Under the pieces are notes generated by a model. It saw only the letters and a program-made list of their open reading frames with translations. It was not told the DNA's origin and did not search any database. The position numbers were made by a program, and so were the translations under genes. A stretch of DNA of 32,000 nt from Candidatus Nitrospira inopinata (GTDB lineage Bacteria > Nitrospirota > Nitrospiria > Nitrospirales > Nitrospiraceae). Positions 1 to 9,492 of the stretch are shown here, piece by piece. The stretch spans positions 1,590,001-1,622,000 of the forward strand of contig NZ_LN885086.1 in assembly GCF_001458695.1 (NCBI RefSeq). The letters are read 5' to 3'. How positions within the stretch are numbered: position 1 is the first letter of the stretch; each line of letters opens with the position of its first letter.

Positions 1-263
1 CGATCCACCGCTTCAGGGCTTTCCAGAATGACGCCGAGATGATCGAGGAACTGCGCGCCCGGCGGCTGGAAGGCCGAAAGCTCGTCCGTAGGGATTTGAT
101 GCAGGGCCAGATTGTCGGTCCCGGAGCTGAAATAGACATTGTCTGGGTCCGGCTCCCATACCGCTCTCATCCCCAGCAGTTGCTCGTAGAACCGACGTGA
201 AAGGGGGAGGTTCGTGACGCGAAGCGCGAGATGGCGTAAGCCTCGATGGAGCGGTTGGGTCAT
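1..263 (-). CDS. VOC/glyoxalase-bleomycin resistance-dioxygenase family protein, partial (C-terminus cut by window edge)
   Basis: Not in the ORF track because it is open at the edge. Manual translation from ATG (cat at 261-263) gives MTQPLHRGLRHLALRVTNLPLSRRFYEQLLGMRAVWEPDPDNVYFSSGTDNLALHQIPTDE... The HLALRV..L..S..FY...LGM start is typical of VOC-fold proteins. Confidence 0.6.
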   Translation of the reverse strand, partial: MTQPLHRGLRHLALRVTNLPLSRRFYEQLLGMRAVWEPDPDNVYFSSGTDNLALHQIPTDELSAFQPPGAQFLDHLGVILESPEAVD

Positions 264-371
264 GGAGTTTCCGTTTCTCTCCGGTTCCGGTCCGTATAGT
301 AGGAAGGAGCCGATAGGCTCGTCAAATGGAAATCGGCTCAATAGAAGTCCGCCCCGCCAGGCGGGTGGCGC

Positions 372-1382
372 TCACGACGGACTCCGGATTTCCAGCACCG
401 CCGCGCCTTGAAACGAACCGGCCTTGAGGGCTTGCAAGGCGCGGTCGGCTTCTTCGAGGGGAAAGCGCACCGTGTGGGGTTTGATCGGGATGGCGGCCGC
501 TTCGCGCAGGAAATCCAATCCGTCTTGCCTCGTGTTGGCCGTCACGCTGCGGATGGCCCGCTCGCCGAACACTTCGGAGTCGTAATCGAGCGGAGGGATC
601 GGCGACATGTGAATGCCGGCCAAGGCCAGGGTGCCGCCCCGTTCGAGCGCGCGCAGAGCCGGCGGAACCAATTCACCGGCCGGCGCGAAGATGATCGATC
701 CGTGCAAATGGTCCGGCGGCATGTCGGAGGCGCCGCCGACCCAGACGGCTCCCAGTTGTTTGGCCAGTTCCCGATGCTCGGCTTTGAGGGAACAGACATA
801 GACATGACAGCCCCAATGGCGCGCGATCTGAATCGCGATATGGGCGGCGGCGCCGAATCCATAGAGGCCCAACCGTTGGCCCGGCTTGATCCCGCTCAGA
901 CGGAGCGCTCGGTAGCCGATGATCCCGGCGCAGAGCAGAGGCGCAGCCTCGTCGTCCGAAAAGACTCGCGGAATCGGATAGGCAAACCGCGCGGGCGCGA
1001 CAGCATATTCCGCATAGCCCCCGTCAACCTGATAGCCGGTGAACCTCGCCGCCTCGCACAAATTTTCCCGTCCGCTCGTACAGAATTCGCATCGCTCGCA
1101 AGTGCCTTGCAGCCACGCGATGCCGACCCGGTCTCCCTCTTGGACATCTCGCACGTCGCGGCCGACGCGGACGACGGTTCCTACTGCTTGATGGCCGGGA
1201 ATCAATGGAAGTCGAACGTTGGGCAACTCGCCTTCGACGACGTGCAGATCCGTGCGGCAGACGCCGCAGACGTGGATCTTCACCAACACGTCTTTCGGGC
1301 CCGGTTCCGGGACGGTCCGTTCGACCAACGAGAGCCGGTTCTCGGAGACGTCGCCGGTTTGATTCAACACCATCGCCTTCAT
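372..1382 (-). CDS. Zinc-dependent alcohol dehydrogenase (medium-chain dehydrogenase/reductase family)
   Basis: 336-aa ORF. Catalytic Zn motif CGVCRTDLH plus GHQAVG, structural Zn cluster [15 protein letters not shown], and Rossmann [10 protein letters not shown]. Confidence 0.9.
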   Translation of the reverse strand: MKAMVLNQTGDVSENRLSLVERTVPEPGPKDVLVKIHVCGVCRTDLHVVEGELPNVRLPLIPGHQAVGTVVRVGRDVRDVQEGDRVGIAWLQGTCERCEFCTSGRENLCEAARFTGYQVDGGYAEYAVAPARFAYPIPRVFSDDEAAPLLCAGIIGYRALRLSGIKPGQRLGLYGFGAAAHIAIQIARHWGCHVYVCSLKAEHRELAKQLGAVWVGGASDMPPDHLHGSIIFAPAGELVPPALRALERGGTLALAGIHMSPIPPLDYDSEVFGERAIRSVTANTRQDGLDFLREAAAIPIKPHTVRFPLEEADRALQALKAGSFQGAAVLEIRSPS

Positions 1383-1463
1383 GGATGAGCCTTCGCGTCA
1401 GGCCCGCCGGCCGAAAGGCCGGCCCTGCCGCACATCAGCGCCGGTTGAAACGGCGACAGCCTT

Positions 1464-2081
1464 CTATTTTTTCTCCTTGATGCATTCGATTTCCAGCCGG
1501 ATCTGAACTTCGTCACCGACGACCAAGCCTCCGCTGTCCAAGGCCTTGTTCCAGACCATGCCGAAATCTTTCCGGTTCAATTTGCCCTCGGCGCTGAAGC
1601 CGGCCCTCAGATTGCCCCACGGATCTTGGCTGACGCCGTTGAACGTTCCGACGAGCACCACCTCTTTCGTCACGCCGCGCAGCGTGAAGTCGCCGACGAC
1701 GGAATATTTGTCTCCTTGCTTGTCGTAACGCTTCATTTTGTAGGTCATCGTGGGATACCGCTGGACGTCGAGGAAGTCTTCGTTGCGCAGATGGGCGTCG
1801 CGTTTTTCGTGGTTGGTGTTGATCGACGCGGCGTTGATGACGGCCTCGATCGCCTTGAACGTCCTGGCGTCCGCGTCCATCTCGACGAACCCGTGATAGT
1901 CCAGGAATCGCCCTGTGGTTTTGGACACCATCACGTGCGCGACGCGAAATTCGATGAGCGAATGGTCCGGGTCGATATTCCATCGGGCCGTTTCGGCATG
2001 GACTTCGATGGACATCCCGGCCAACAGAGCCCAGATGGCACCGGCGGCAATCCATCGCGGTCTATAGAAGAATCCGTTCAT
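1464..2081 (-). CDS. YceI-family periplasmic (polyisoprenoid-binding-like) protein
   Basis: The ORF track starts at 2156. I prefer the internal ATG at 2081 (MNGFFYRPRWIAAGAIWALLAGMSIEVHA, signal-peptide-like) preceded by GGAGGTGAAAAG. The body (IDPDHSLIEFRVAHVMVSKTTGRF...HEKRDAHLR..DFLDV..YPTMTY) is typical of YceI. Confidence 0.85.
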   Translation of the reverse strand: MNGFFYRPRWIAAGAIWALLAGMSIEVHAETARWNIDPDHSLIEFRVAHVMVSKTTGRFLDYHGFVEMDADARTFKAIEAVINAASINTNHEKRDAHLRNEDFLDVQRYPTMTYKMKRYDKQGDKYSVVGDFTLRGVTKEVVLVGTFNGVSQDPWGNLRAGFSAEGKLNRKDFGMVWNKALDSGGLVVGDEVQIRLEIECIKEKK

Positions 2082-2152
2082 CTTTTCACCTCCAGGCAAC
2101 GTGTTGTGACAGATGATCCGATCCGTGCTTCTTGCCGTGAAGCAAGTTCCCG

Positions 2153-3178
2153 TCATGGAGAAGGAACTGGCGTCGGCGCACCGAGCCTTGACGGTTGAGA
2201 ATGGGTGATCGACTGGATTCCCCTCGCTCGCCTGGCCGCCCCCATCTTCATGCGGACGTGCACGGTCACCGGTTCCGAGCCGAGTTCGTCGGGAAACGGA
2301 GGAAACGGCTGCGCGTGAATCACGGCGTGGATGCCGGCTTCATCGACGTCTCGTGCGCCGGAACCCTTTTCGATTTCGATCAATTGGGCCCGCCCGTTCG
2401 GGTACATGCGGAACCGCACGCGGACCGTTTCATCCGTCGGGGCGGCGCGCACCCGGCGGGCGGTGCGGCTCCAACTGCGACTTATGAGCGAACTGATCTG
2501 ATCCCAATAGACTTGATGCTGTCCGGGCGGAGGCGGCAAGAAGACGTTCTCTTCCGCCAATGATCCGTCGGCGAGGGGGATTGCCTCGGGCGTGGCGTCG
2601 TCATTCGGCTCTTCCTCATCCGGCGAGCCCGGCTCATCGGCTGGAGACGACACGGCGGTGGCGCCGCCGTTGGTCGTCTCTTGTTGATGCAGCGTGACAT
2701 AGACAATGCGTGTCAGGACCCGCTCCAAGTGATTATCCGAGTGGGCTCTGGCAAAGGTGACGCGGATTCGCGCGAAGCGGGGAGTGGCCGACAACTTCCC
2801 CGGTGGAATGGGGTCGAGGACGGCGGTGCCGCGCAACTTCTTCGAGAGCGGGTCCGGCTCCAGCGGTACGACCTGTCGCTCGAAATGCAGCGAGTCGAGC
2901 ACGGCCACCATCGGAATGCGCCCTTTGACCGTTCCATTCAGCACAAACGAGAGTTCCAGCGGTTTGTCGAGACGGATGTCTTCCGATCCTTCGAGCCCGC
3001 CGAAATCAAAGGTCACGGCGGGGGGGTGTGAAGAGGGCGGGGAGCCCGACGCCGAGGCGAGGGCGTCGGTCGGTCCTATGACGCCTCCAGGGACAATTCC
3101 GAGCAGGCTTATGATGAGCGTGCCCCTCGTGATCATGCTCGTCACGTTTGTGATGGATGGGAGCATCGGCGAGATCAT
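2153..3178 (-). CDS. Membrane-anchored hypothetical protein with TonB C-terminal-like domain
   Basis: 341-aa ORF with an N-terminal hydrophobic helix (TRGTLIISLLGIVPGGVIG) and an acidic/Pro linker (PADEPGSPDEEEPNDD...LPPPPGQ). The C-terminal YWDQISSLISRSW...VRVRFRMYPNGRAQLIEIEKGSGARDVDEAGIHAVIHAQPFPPFP resembles the TonB_C fold signature. Confidence 0.55.
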   Translation of the reverse strand: MISPMLPSITNVTSMITRGTLIISLLGIVPGGVIGPTDALASASGSPPSSHPPAVTFDFGGLEGSEDIRLDKPLELSFVLNGTVKGRIPMVAVLDSLHFERQVVPLEPDPLSKKLRGTAVLDPIPPGKLSATPRFARIRVTFARAHSDNHLERVLTRIVYVTLHQQETTNGGATAVSSPADEPGSPDEEEPNDDATPEAIPLADGSLAEENVFLPPPPGQHQVYWDQISSLISRSWSRTARRVRAAPTDETVRVRFRMYPNGRAQLIEIEKGSGARDVDEAGIHAVIHAQPFPPFPDELGSEPVTVHVRMKMGAARRARGIQSITHSQPSRLGAPTPVPSP

Positions 3179-3358
3179 TCTCTTTGCATCCTACTCATCC
3201 CGACGGATGTGCGCAACTCGTATCTTTCACGGGCTTTCTGGTGGACCAATTCCAATTTGTATAGAATCACGGAGCGGAAGAAGGGGCCGGGTTCCATCAT
3301 CAGGAGGCAGTGGGAAGAGGGCGGGGATCTTGGGAACCATAATGAGAAGGAGGATCGT

Positions 3359-3544
3359 ATGCCGAGCGTACTGGATCGGGTCTTGGAACGAGAACTCAAA
3401 GATGCCTTGTCGCGGTTTGAGCAGGCGCTGCATCAAGCCGGGCTGGACGACGAGAGCGTCAAGAACCGGGTGCGGGGGGCCAAGCAATTCGTGGCGTTCC
3501 TCTACGGGCGCTATGTGGGGAACAATCCGCGGGACGAGGAATGA
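3359..3544 (+). CDS. Small hypothetical protein (61 aa, helical, charged)
   Basis: Internal ATG of ORF 3209..3544 preceded by a strong SD (GAGAAGGAGGATCGT-ATG). Product is MPSVLDRVLERELKDALSRFEQALHQAG... No recognisable family. Confidence 0.45.
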   Translation: MPSVLDRVLERELKDALSRFEQALHQAGLDDESVKNRVRGAKQFVAFLYGRYVGNNPRDEE

Positions 3545-3671
3545 CGTGTCGTCCGTGTCGTCATCTTCTCGGCGCGCCAAGACGGAGCGGTGTGGGGCAG
3601 GGGGAGCGGCAAGGCCCGGACATCGCAAGAAAAAATCGGCCGTGTTCAGGCCATTGACGGATCTCTTGCGA

Positions 3672-3677
3672 TAGAAT
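3672..3677 (+). promoter_or_regulatory. Candidate -10 hexamer TAGAAT placed 6 nt before the tdh ATG (possible leaderless transcript)
   Basis: GATAGAATGACCCT-ATG with no Shine-Dalgarno between the hexamer and the start. The same ATAGAAT heptamer occurs at 3261-3267 upstream of the small ORF. Confidence 0.3.
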
Positions 3678-3683
3678 GACCCT

Positions 3684-4718
3684 ATGCGCGCGCTGGTGAA
3701 AACGACTGCCGCTCCGGGGCTGACTCCGACGAATTGGCCGGACCCGACGCCGGGGCCGCATGACGTCGTCGTCAAGGTGGCAGCCACGTCGTTATGCGGC
3801 ACCGACGCCCACATTTATCGGTGGGACGAGTGGGCGCAAGGCCGCATCACGCCGCCGCGCGTCATCGGCCATGAGGTCTGCGGCCACGTCGTGGAAGTCG
3901 GACGCGAGGTCTCGACGGTGACAGTCGGCGACTACGTGGCGGCCGAATCGCACATCACGTGCGGTCGCTGTTTTCAATGTCGGACCGGCCAAGCCCACGT
4001 TTGCAAGCAGTACCAAATCCTGGGCATTGATCGAGACGGGTCCTATGCCGAATATGTCGCGTTGCCGGAGGGCGTCCTGTGGCGGACCTCGCCGGAGATC
4101 CCTCCGCAGTTTGCCTGTGTTCAAGAACCGTTGGGGAACGCCGTCGATGCCGCGTTGGCCGAAGACCTGACCGGCCATACGGTCCTGATCGCGGGCTGCG
4201 GGCCAACCGGTCTGTTCGCCGCGGCCGTCGCGCGCGTGGCCGGGGCGGCCGTCATCATTGCCACGGATGTGAGCGACTACCGGCTGGGGCTCGCCAAGCA
4301 AGTGGGAGTCGATCACGCGGTGAATGTGAAACACCAACCGGCCGATGTTGTGAACGGCGTCTTTCGTGATCTCACGGCCGGTGAAGGGGTCGATGCGGCG
4401 CTGGAGATGTCGGGCGATCCCACCGCGCTCCACCAGGCCTTTCGAGCCGTCAAAAACGGCGGGCGTGTGAGTCTCTTCGGCATTCCGACCGGCCAGGTCT
4501 GTTTCGACCTGCCGAACGAGATCATCTTCAAGGGCATTCGCGTCTATGGGGTGACCGGGCGGCATCTCTTTGGAACCTGGTACAGACTGGCTGGGCTCTT
4601 CAAGGCCGGTCTCAACATCAAGCCGATCATCACCCATTCGTTTCCGATGGACGAATTCTCAACAGGTTTCGATCTGATTCGATCCGGACAATGCGGCAAG
4701 GTCGTGCTCTTTCCATGA
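3684..4718 (+). CDS. tdh: L-threonine 3-dehydrogenase
   Basis: 344 aa with CGTDAHIY, GHEVCG, CGRCFQCRTGQAHVC and GCGPTGL. Immediately followed by kbl, the classic tdh-kbl pair. Confidence 0.9.
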   Translation: MRALVKTTAAPGLTPTNWPDPTPGPHDVVVKVAATSLCGTDAHIYRWDEWAQGRITPPRVIGHEVCGHVVEVGREVSTVTVGDYVAAESHITCGRCFQCRTGQAHVCKQYQILGIDRDGSYAEYVALPEGVLWRTSPEIPPQFACVQEPLGNAVDAALAEDLTGHTVLIAGCGPTGLFAAAVARVAGAAVIIATDVSDYRLGLAKQVGVDHAVNVKHQPADVVNGVFRDLTAGEGVDAALEMSGDPTALHQAFRAVKNGGRVSLFGIPTGQVCFDLPNEIIFKGIRVYGVTGRHLFGTWYRLAGLFKAGLNIKPIITHSFPMDEFSTGFDLIRSGQCGKVVLFP

Positions 4719-4745
4719 AGCGGTGAGAATAACGACGGACGGGCC

Positions 4746-5936
4746 ATGGCCTATCGTTCCCTGAAACACACGCTCGATCGGCACCTCGCCGACATCCGTG
4801 AGAAGGGCCTCTATAAAGCCGAGCGGCGTCTTCTTGGTCCGCAGGGTGTCGAGATTCTCGCGGATCAAGGCCCGATGCTGAACTTATGTGCCAACAACTA
4901 TCTTGGCCTGGCAAATCACCCCGCCATCGTCCAAGCGGCGATAGACGGGTTGAAGAGCCATGGCTATGGCATGGCCTCGGTGCGGTTCATCTGCGGGACC
5001 CAAGACCTGCACAAACGGTTGGAGCGGGCCGTGAGCGAGTTTCTGGGTACGGAGGACACGATCCTCTACAGTTCCTGTTTCGACGCGAACGGAGGGCTGT
5101 TCGAAGCCCTGCTGGATGAGCGTGACGCCGTGATCAGCGATGCTTTGAACCATGCGAGCCTGATCGACGGCATCCGCCTGTGCAAGGCCAAACGGTTTCG
5201 GTATGCCCATTCGGACATGGCGGAGCTTGAAGCGCGATTGCAGGAGGCGGGCGATTGTCGGATTCGGCTCATTGCGACGGACGGGGTCTTTTCGATGGAT
5301 GGGGACCTGGCCAAGCTGGACCGGATTGTTGAACTGGCCGACCGGTATGATGCGGCGGTCGTGGTCGATGACAGCCATGCGACCGGTGTGCTGGGTCCCG
5401 GCGGGCGGGGCACGCCGGCCCGTTTCGGCCTGGCCGATCGCGTGGAGATCGTGACGAGCACCTTGGGCAAGACGCTGGGGGGAGGGACCGGGGGCTTTAC
5501 GTCGGGCAAGGCCGAGATCATCGAGCTGTTGCGCCAACGGTCGAGACCCTATCTGTTTTCCAATTCCCTGCCGCCGGTCATCGTCGCCGGGGCCTTGTGC
5601 GCGCTCGATCTCGTCGCGCGAGGCGATGCTCTGCGGGCCAGACTCCATGAGAACGCGAGGGATGTTCGGGCGCGGCTGACCGAACTGGGGTTTCGGCTGA
5701 TTCCCGGCGAGCATCCGATCATTCCCATCATGCTCGGCGAGGCGACCGTGGCGACCGCGATGGCCCAAGCCTTGATGAAGGAGGGGATCTACGTCGTCGG
5801 GTTCAGCTATCCGGTCGTGCCACAGGGTCAGGCTCGGATTCGCGTCCAGATGTCGGCGGCTCATACCAGGGCCCACCTCGACCGGGCCTTGGAGGCCTTC
5901 GCCAGGGTCGGGCGGTCGCTCGGCGTAATCACCTAA
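4746..5936 (+). CDS. kbl: Glycine C-acetyltransferase (2-amino-3-ketobutyrate CoA ligase)
   Basis: 396 aa, alpha-oxoamine synthase family. Has NNYLGL, the [10 protein letters not shown] motif and PLP-lysine context [10 protein letters not shown]. Paired with tdh. Confidence 0.9.
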   Translation: MAYRSLKHTLDRHLADIREKGLYKAERRLLGPQGVEILADQGPMLNLCANNYLGLANHPAIVQAAIDGLKSHGYGMASVRFICGTQDLHKRLERAVSEFLGTEDTILYSSCFDANGGLFEALLDERDAVISDALNHASLIDGIRLCKAKRFRYAHSDMAELEARLQEAGDCRIRLIATDGVFSMDGDLAKLDRIVELADRYDAAVVVDDSHATGVLGPGGRGTPARFGLADRVEIVTSTLGKTLGGGTGGFTSGKAEIIELLRQRSRPYLFSNSLPPVIVAGALCALDLVARGDALRARLHENARDVRARLTELGFRLIPGEHPIIPIMLGEATVATAMAQALMKEGIYVVGFSYPVVPQGQARIRVQMSAAHTRAHLDRALEAFARVGRSLGVIT

Positions 5937-5954
5937 AAAACGAGCAAGGTGAAT

Positions 5955-5983
5955 TTGACTTTTTGGCTGTCCGTCAGTATTCT
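5955..5983 (+). promoter_or_regulatory. Candidate sigma70-type promoter for rplI: TTGACT-N17-TATTCT
   Basis: TTGACT at 5955-5960, a 17-nt spacer, and TATTCT at 5978-5983, about 30 nt upstream of the rplI SD (AAGGAG) and ATG. Confidence 0.4.
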
Positions 5984-6014
5984 CCATTCCTTTCATAGAC
6001 AAGGAGCGGGAGCC

Positions 6015-6482
6015 ATGAAAGTCATACTGCAAGAGACATTGGAAGGGGTGGGCCACCTGGGCGACCTCATTAACGTCGCCGATGGATTTGCCAGGAACTA
6101 TCTCTTGCCCCGAGGCAAGGCGGTCGAGGCGGACAGCCGGAGCATCAAGGCCTTTGAACATGCCAAGCGCGTGGCGGCGGAGAAGGCGAAGAAAGAGAAA
6201 CTGGAGATCGAAACCTACGCCAAGAAACTGTCGGCGGTGACGTTGACCTTCGAGGTCCAAGCTGGCAAGGAAGACAAACTGTTCGGCTCGGTGACAGCCA
6301 AGGACATCGCCGAGCAATTGATCGCGCAGGGGTTCTCCGTGGATCGTCGGAAGATCCAGTTGGCGCACCCGATCAAGGAATTGGGGACGGTCACCGTGCC
6401 GATTAAGATGCCCAGGGACGTGACGGCGGTCGTGACCGTGCACGTGGTGAAGAAACAAGAACCGGAAGCGGCCGAGGCCTGA
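6015..6482 (+). CDS. rplI: 50S ribosomal protein L9
   Basis: Internal ATG at 6015 after AAGGAGCGGGAGCC. MKVILQETLEGVGHLGDLINVADGFARNYLLPRGKA is the canonical L9 N-terminus. Confidence 0.9.
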   Translation: MKVILQETLEGVGHLGDLINVADGFARNYLLPRGKAVEADSRSIKAFEHAKRVAAEKAKKEKLEIETYAKKLSAVTLTFEVQAGKEDKLFGSVTAKDIAEQLIAQGFSVDRRKIQLAHPIKELGTVTVPIKMPRDVTAVVTVHVVKKQEPEAAEA

Positions 6483-6507
6483 CGAGGCATGACATGAAAG
6501 GAACGAC

Positions 6508-7770
6508 ATGATGGACGACGTCGCATCGCTCGATGCCTTGAAAGCCGCCGACCCCGAGGTGTACGCCGCCATCCAAGCGGAAGAGGCCAGACAGCGGGAC
6601 AAATTGCTGTTGATCGCGTCGGAGAACTTCGCCAGCCCCGCGGTGTTGGCCGCGCAAGGCTCGGTGTTGACCAACAAGTACGCGGAAGGGTACCCCGGCA
6701 AACGGTACTATGGCGGCTGTCAGTACGCCGACGCGGTCGAAGATTTGGCGATTCAACGGTGCAAGGAAATTTTCGGCGCGGAACACGTCAACGTGCAGCC
6801 GCACTCCGGCTCGCAAGCCAACATGGCGGCCTATCTGTCGGTGCTGAAACCGGGCGATACGATCCTGGGCATGGACTTGGCGCAGGGAGGCCATCTCACG
6901 CACGGGAGCAAGGTCAATTTTTCGGGCATCCTCTTTCGCGTGTTCTCCTATGGCGTGGACCGCGAGACCGAACGGATCGACTATGACGCCGTCCAAAAGA
7001 TCGCCGAGGAGTGCCGCCCCCGCATGATCGTGGTCGGGGCCAGCGCCTACTCGAGGGTGCTGGACTTCCCCCGCTTTCAACAGATCGCCAAGTCGGTGGG
7101 AGCTTATTTGTTGGTCGATATCGCCCATATCGCCGGTCTCATCGCTGCGGGGCTTCATCCCAATCCGGTCCCCTACGCGGATTTCGTCACCACGACTACC
7201 CACAAGACGTTGCGGGGGCCGCGCGGTGGCGTCACGATGTGCAAGGCCGAGTACGCGAAGGGAGTCGACAAGTTGGTCTTCCCCGGCTTGCAGGGCGGGC
7301 CGCTGATGCACGTGATCGCGGCCAAGGCCGTGGCCTTCAAGGAAGCGTTGTCTCCGTCGTTCAAACGGTATCAGCAGCAGGTCGTCGCCAATGCCAAGGC
7401 GTTGGCGCAGGGCTTGATGGATCGGGGATATAAAATCGTTTCCGGAGGGACCGACACCCATCTGATGTTGGTCAACTTGACCAACAAAGGGATTACGGGC
7501 AAGGAGGCCGACGCCGCGCTCGACGCGGCGGGGATCATCTTGAATAAGAACGCCGTTCCCTACGACGAGAAGCCTCCGGCCGTCGCCAGCGGGATTCGAT
7601 TGGGGGCTCCGATCGTCTCCACGCGGGGCATGAAAGAACCGGAGATGCGGCAGATCGTGGAATTGATCGATCGCGTGCTGCAACACCGGCAGGACCCGTC
7701 GGTGCTGGAGGAGGTTCGCCTGGAAGCCAAGGCCTTGTGCAATCGGTTCCCGATCTTCCACTCCTACTGA
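6508..7770 (+). CDS. glyA: Serine hydroxymethyltransferase
   Basis: 420 aa with the [17 protein letters not shown]-lysine motif and SHMT-wide similarity ([20 protein letters not shown]). Confidence 0.95.
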   Translation: MMDDVASLDALKAADPEVYAAIQAEEARQRDKLLLIASENFASPAVLAAQGSVLTNKYAEGYPGKRYYGGCQYADAVEDLAIQRCKEIFGAEHVNVQPHSGSQANMAAYLSVLKPGDTILGMDLAQGGHLTHGSKVNFSGILFRVFSYGVDRETERIDYDAVQKIAEECRPRMIVVGASAYSRVLDFPRFQQIAKSVGAYLLVDIAHIAGLIAAGLHPNPVPYADFVTTTTHKTLRGPRGGVTMCKAEYAKGVDKLVFPGLQGGPLMHVIAAKAVAFKEALSPSFKRYQQQVVANAKALAQGLMDRGYKIVSGGTDTHLMLVNLTNKGITGKEADAALDAAGIILNKNAVPYDEKPPAVASGIRLGAPIVSTRGMKEPEMRQIVELIDRVLQHRQDPSVLEEVRLEAKALCNRFPIFHSY

Positions 7771-7801
7771 CAACCTTGTCAAAGAGGCATGGTCACCGTC
7801 C

Positions 7802-8266
7802 GTGAAATGCCCGTTCTGCGATGAGCTCGAAGACAAGGTCGTGGACTCTCGCATGGCGAAGGAAGGCGAAGTCATCCGCCGCCGCCGCGAATGTACGTCC
7901 TGCCGTCGCCGATACACCACCTATGAGCGGGTCGAGGAGATTCTCCCGGTCGTCGTCAAGAAGGACGGTCGTCGGGAGTCGTTCGACCGTGGGAAGATTC
8001 TCTCCGGCATGAAAAAGGCGTGCGAGAAGCGGCCGATCAGCACCGCGGCGATCGAGGCGGCGGCCGACCGGATCGAGAAACGCATCCAAGAAATGGGGGA
8101 GAGCGAGATCCAAAGCCGAGTGATCGGCGAAGAGGTCATGAAGGAGTTGCATCAGTTGGATCAGGTGGCCTACGTCCGGTTTGCGTCCGTCTATCGGGAG
8201 TTCAAAGACATCGACCAGTTCATGGACGAGCTGAAAATGCTGGCTCAACAGCGTCGTGATCGTTGA
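7802..8266 (+). CDS. nrdR: Transcriptional repressor NrdR
   Basis: GTG start. MKCPFC...[15 protein letters not shown] zinc ribbon followed by an ATP-cone ([20 protein letters not shown]...[11 protein letters not shown]). Confidence 0.9.
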   Translation: MKCPFCDELEDKVVDSRMAKEGEVIRRRRECTSCRRRYTTYERVEEILPVVVKKDGRRESFDRGKILSGMKKACEKRPISTAAIEAAADRIEKRIQEMGESEIQSRVIGEEVMKELHQLDQVAYVRFASVYREFKDIDQFMDELKMLAQQRRDR

Positions 8267-8358
8267 GTCTCTGAATTCGAACGTCGCGGGCGCTCGCCCC
8301 GCTCGATCCATTTCATGTTCATGTAAGATCAACTCGAAGCGCGTTCGCGGGATGAGCG

Positions 8359-9492
8359 ATGCCAGCGGAAAGCCGATATATGACGCCGGCGCGGTCTCGG
8401 CACATTCGACGCAAGACGGCAAGCCCCGGTGCGACCAACGTCGCCATCATCGGCGCGGGGCGCGGCGGAACCGCGCTCATGGAGATTTTTGCGAACGATC
8501 CCCTCGTGCAAATCGTGGGGGTGGCGGAGGTCGATCCACGGGCGCCCGGATTGAGTCTGGCCGAACAGTTGGGCATTCCCGTCACCCGCGATTATCGGCA
8601 GCTCTTGGACATGGAGCGGGTCGATTTGATCATCGACGTGTCGGGCAGTTCAGAAGTCTGGCATGCGCTTCAGGACTTCCACCGGATGGGCGTGACGGTT
8701 ATCGGCGGCGCCAGCGCCAAGTTCATGTGGGAGTTGATCGAGGCCCGCATCCGCGCGACGGCCGAAATCGAAAAGACGCTCACCAAGTATCAGTCTCTGT
8801 ACCGGCTGTACGTGAAGGAGTCGAGCGCGGCGGTGACGGAAGAGCGCACCCGCATCGCCTGTGAAATCCACGACGGGTTGGTGCAGAGCCTGGCGGGGGT
8901 GAATTTCAAGCTCGATCTCTGCCAACAGCTTTTGCGGAAAAACCCCAAGGCCGGTCTCGCGACCATCAAGGAAACCAAGGCGCAGCTCAAGTTGGCCATT
9001 CAGGAGGCCAGGCAGGTGATCTTCAATCTGCGACCGCTCCATTACGACAAGATGGAGCTGATTCCGGCCCTGACGAATTACTTCAAGTCTTACGAGACCA
9101 ACACGCATATCGCCACGCACTTCACCGTGACGGGCGATGAGCGAACTCTTTTTCCCCGGACCAAGATTTTTCTCTTTCGAATCATTCAAGAAGCCTTGAG
9201 CAACGTCGAAAAGCACGCGAAGGCCAAACGGGTCTCCATCCGGCTCGAAATCGACGTGGAGATGTTGCGGATTACCATCATCGACAACGGCATCGGATTC
9301 GATATGGAGGCCGTGCTGCGCGATCCCGAAAAATGGGACCATTTCGGCATCAAAGGCATTTTAGAACGCGCGCGGCTGGTGGGCGGAGAAGGACGGATCG
9401 AGTCGAAGAAGGGGCACGGGACGAAGGTCGTGGTGGAGGTGCCTTTGGCGAACCGCGCGAAAAGGAAGGACGGATCCCATGGAGAAAATTAA
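8359..9492 (+). CDS. Cytoplasmic sensor histidine kinase (HisKA_3/NarL-partner type) with N-terminal Rossmann-like NAD(P)-binding module
   Basis: No TM helices. The N-terminus NVAIIGAGRGGTALMEIFANDPLVQIVGVAEVD...VDLIIDVSG has GxGxxG plus an acidic residue after beta2. H-box IACEIHDGLVQSL, N-box EALSNVEKHA, G-boxes DNGIGF and GHGTKV. The start (8359 vs 8380) is uncertain. Confidence 0.85.
   Translation: MPAESRYMTPARSRHIRRKTASPGATNVAIIGAGRGGTALMEIFANDPLVQIVGVAEVDPRAPGLSLAEQLGIPVTRDYRQLLDMERVDLIIDVSGSSEVWHALQDFHRMGVTVIGGASAKFMWELIEARIRATAEIEKTLTKYQSLYRLYVKESSAAVTEERTRIACEIHDGLVQSLAGVNFKLDLCQQLLRKNPKAGLATIKETKAQLKLAIQEARQVIFNLRPLHYDKMELIPALTNYFKSYETNTHIATHFTVTGDERTLFPRTKIFLFRIIQEALSNVEKHAKAKRVSIRLEIDVEMLRITIIDNGIGFDMEAVLRDPEKWDHFGIKGILERARLVGGEGRIESKKGHGTKVVVEVPLANRAKRKDGSHGEN

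Noticed and set aside
4884-6701. 605-aa minus-strand ORF spanning kbl, rplI and the start of glyA. Similar long antisense ORFs occur at 408-1388, 6403-7920, 12297-13496, 18790-20151, 22707-23891, 24527-25528 and 28712-30217.
   Set aside because: All are antisense to ORFs with clear family signatures. They are Arg/Gly/Pro-rich with no recognisable motifs and cross gene boundaries. This is the typical stop-codon-poor reverse-frame artefact of GC-rich DNA.
7768-7781. Palindrome TGACAA-CC-TTGTCA between glyA and nrdR as an NrdR box or terminator.
   Set aside because: It does not match the remembered 16-bp NrdR-box pattern (acaCwAtATaTwGtgt). A 6-bp stem with a 2-nt loop is too weak and strained for a terminator.
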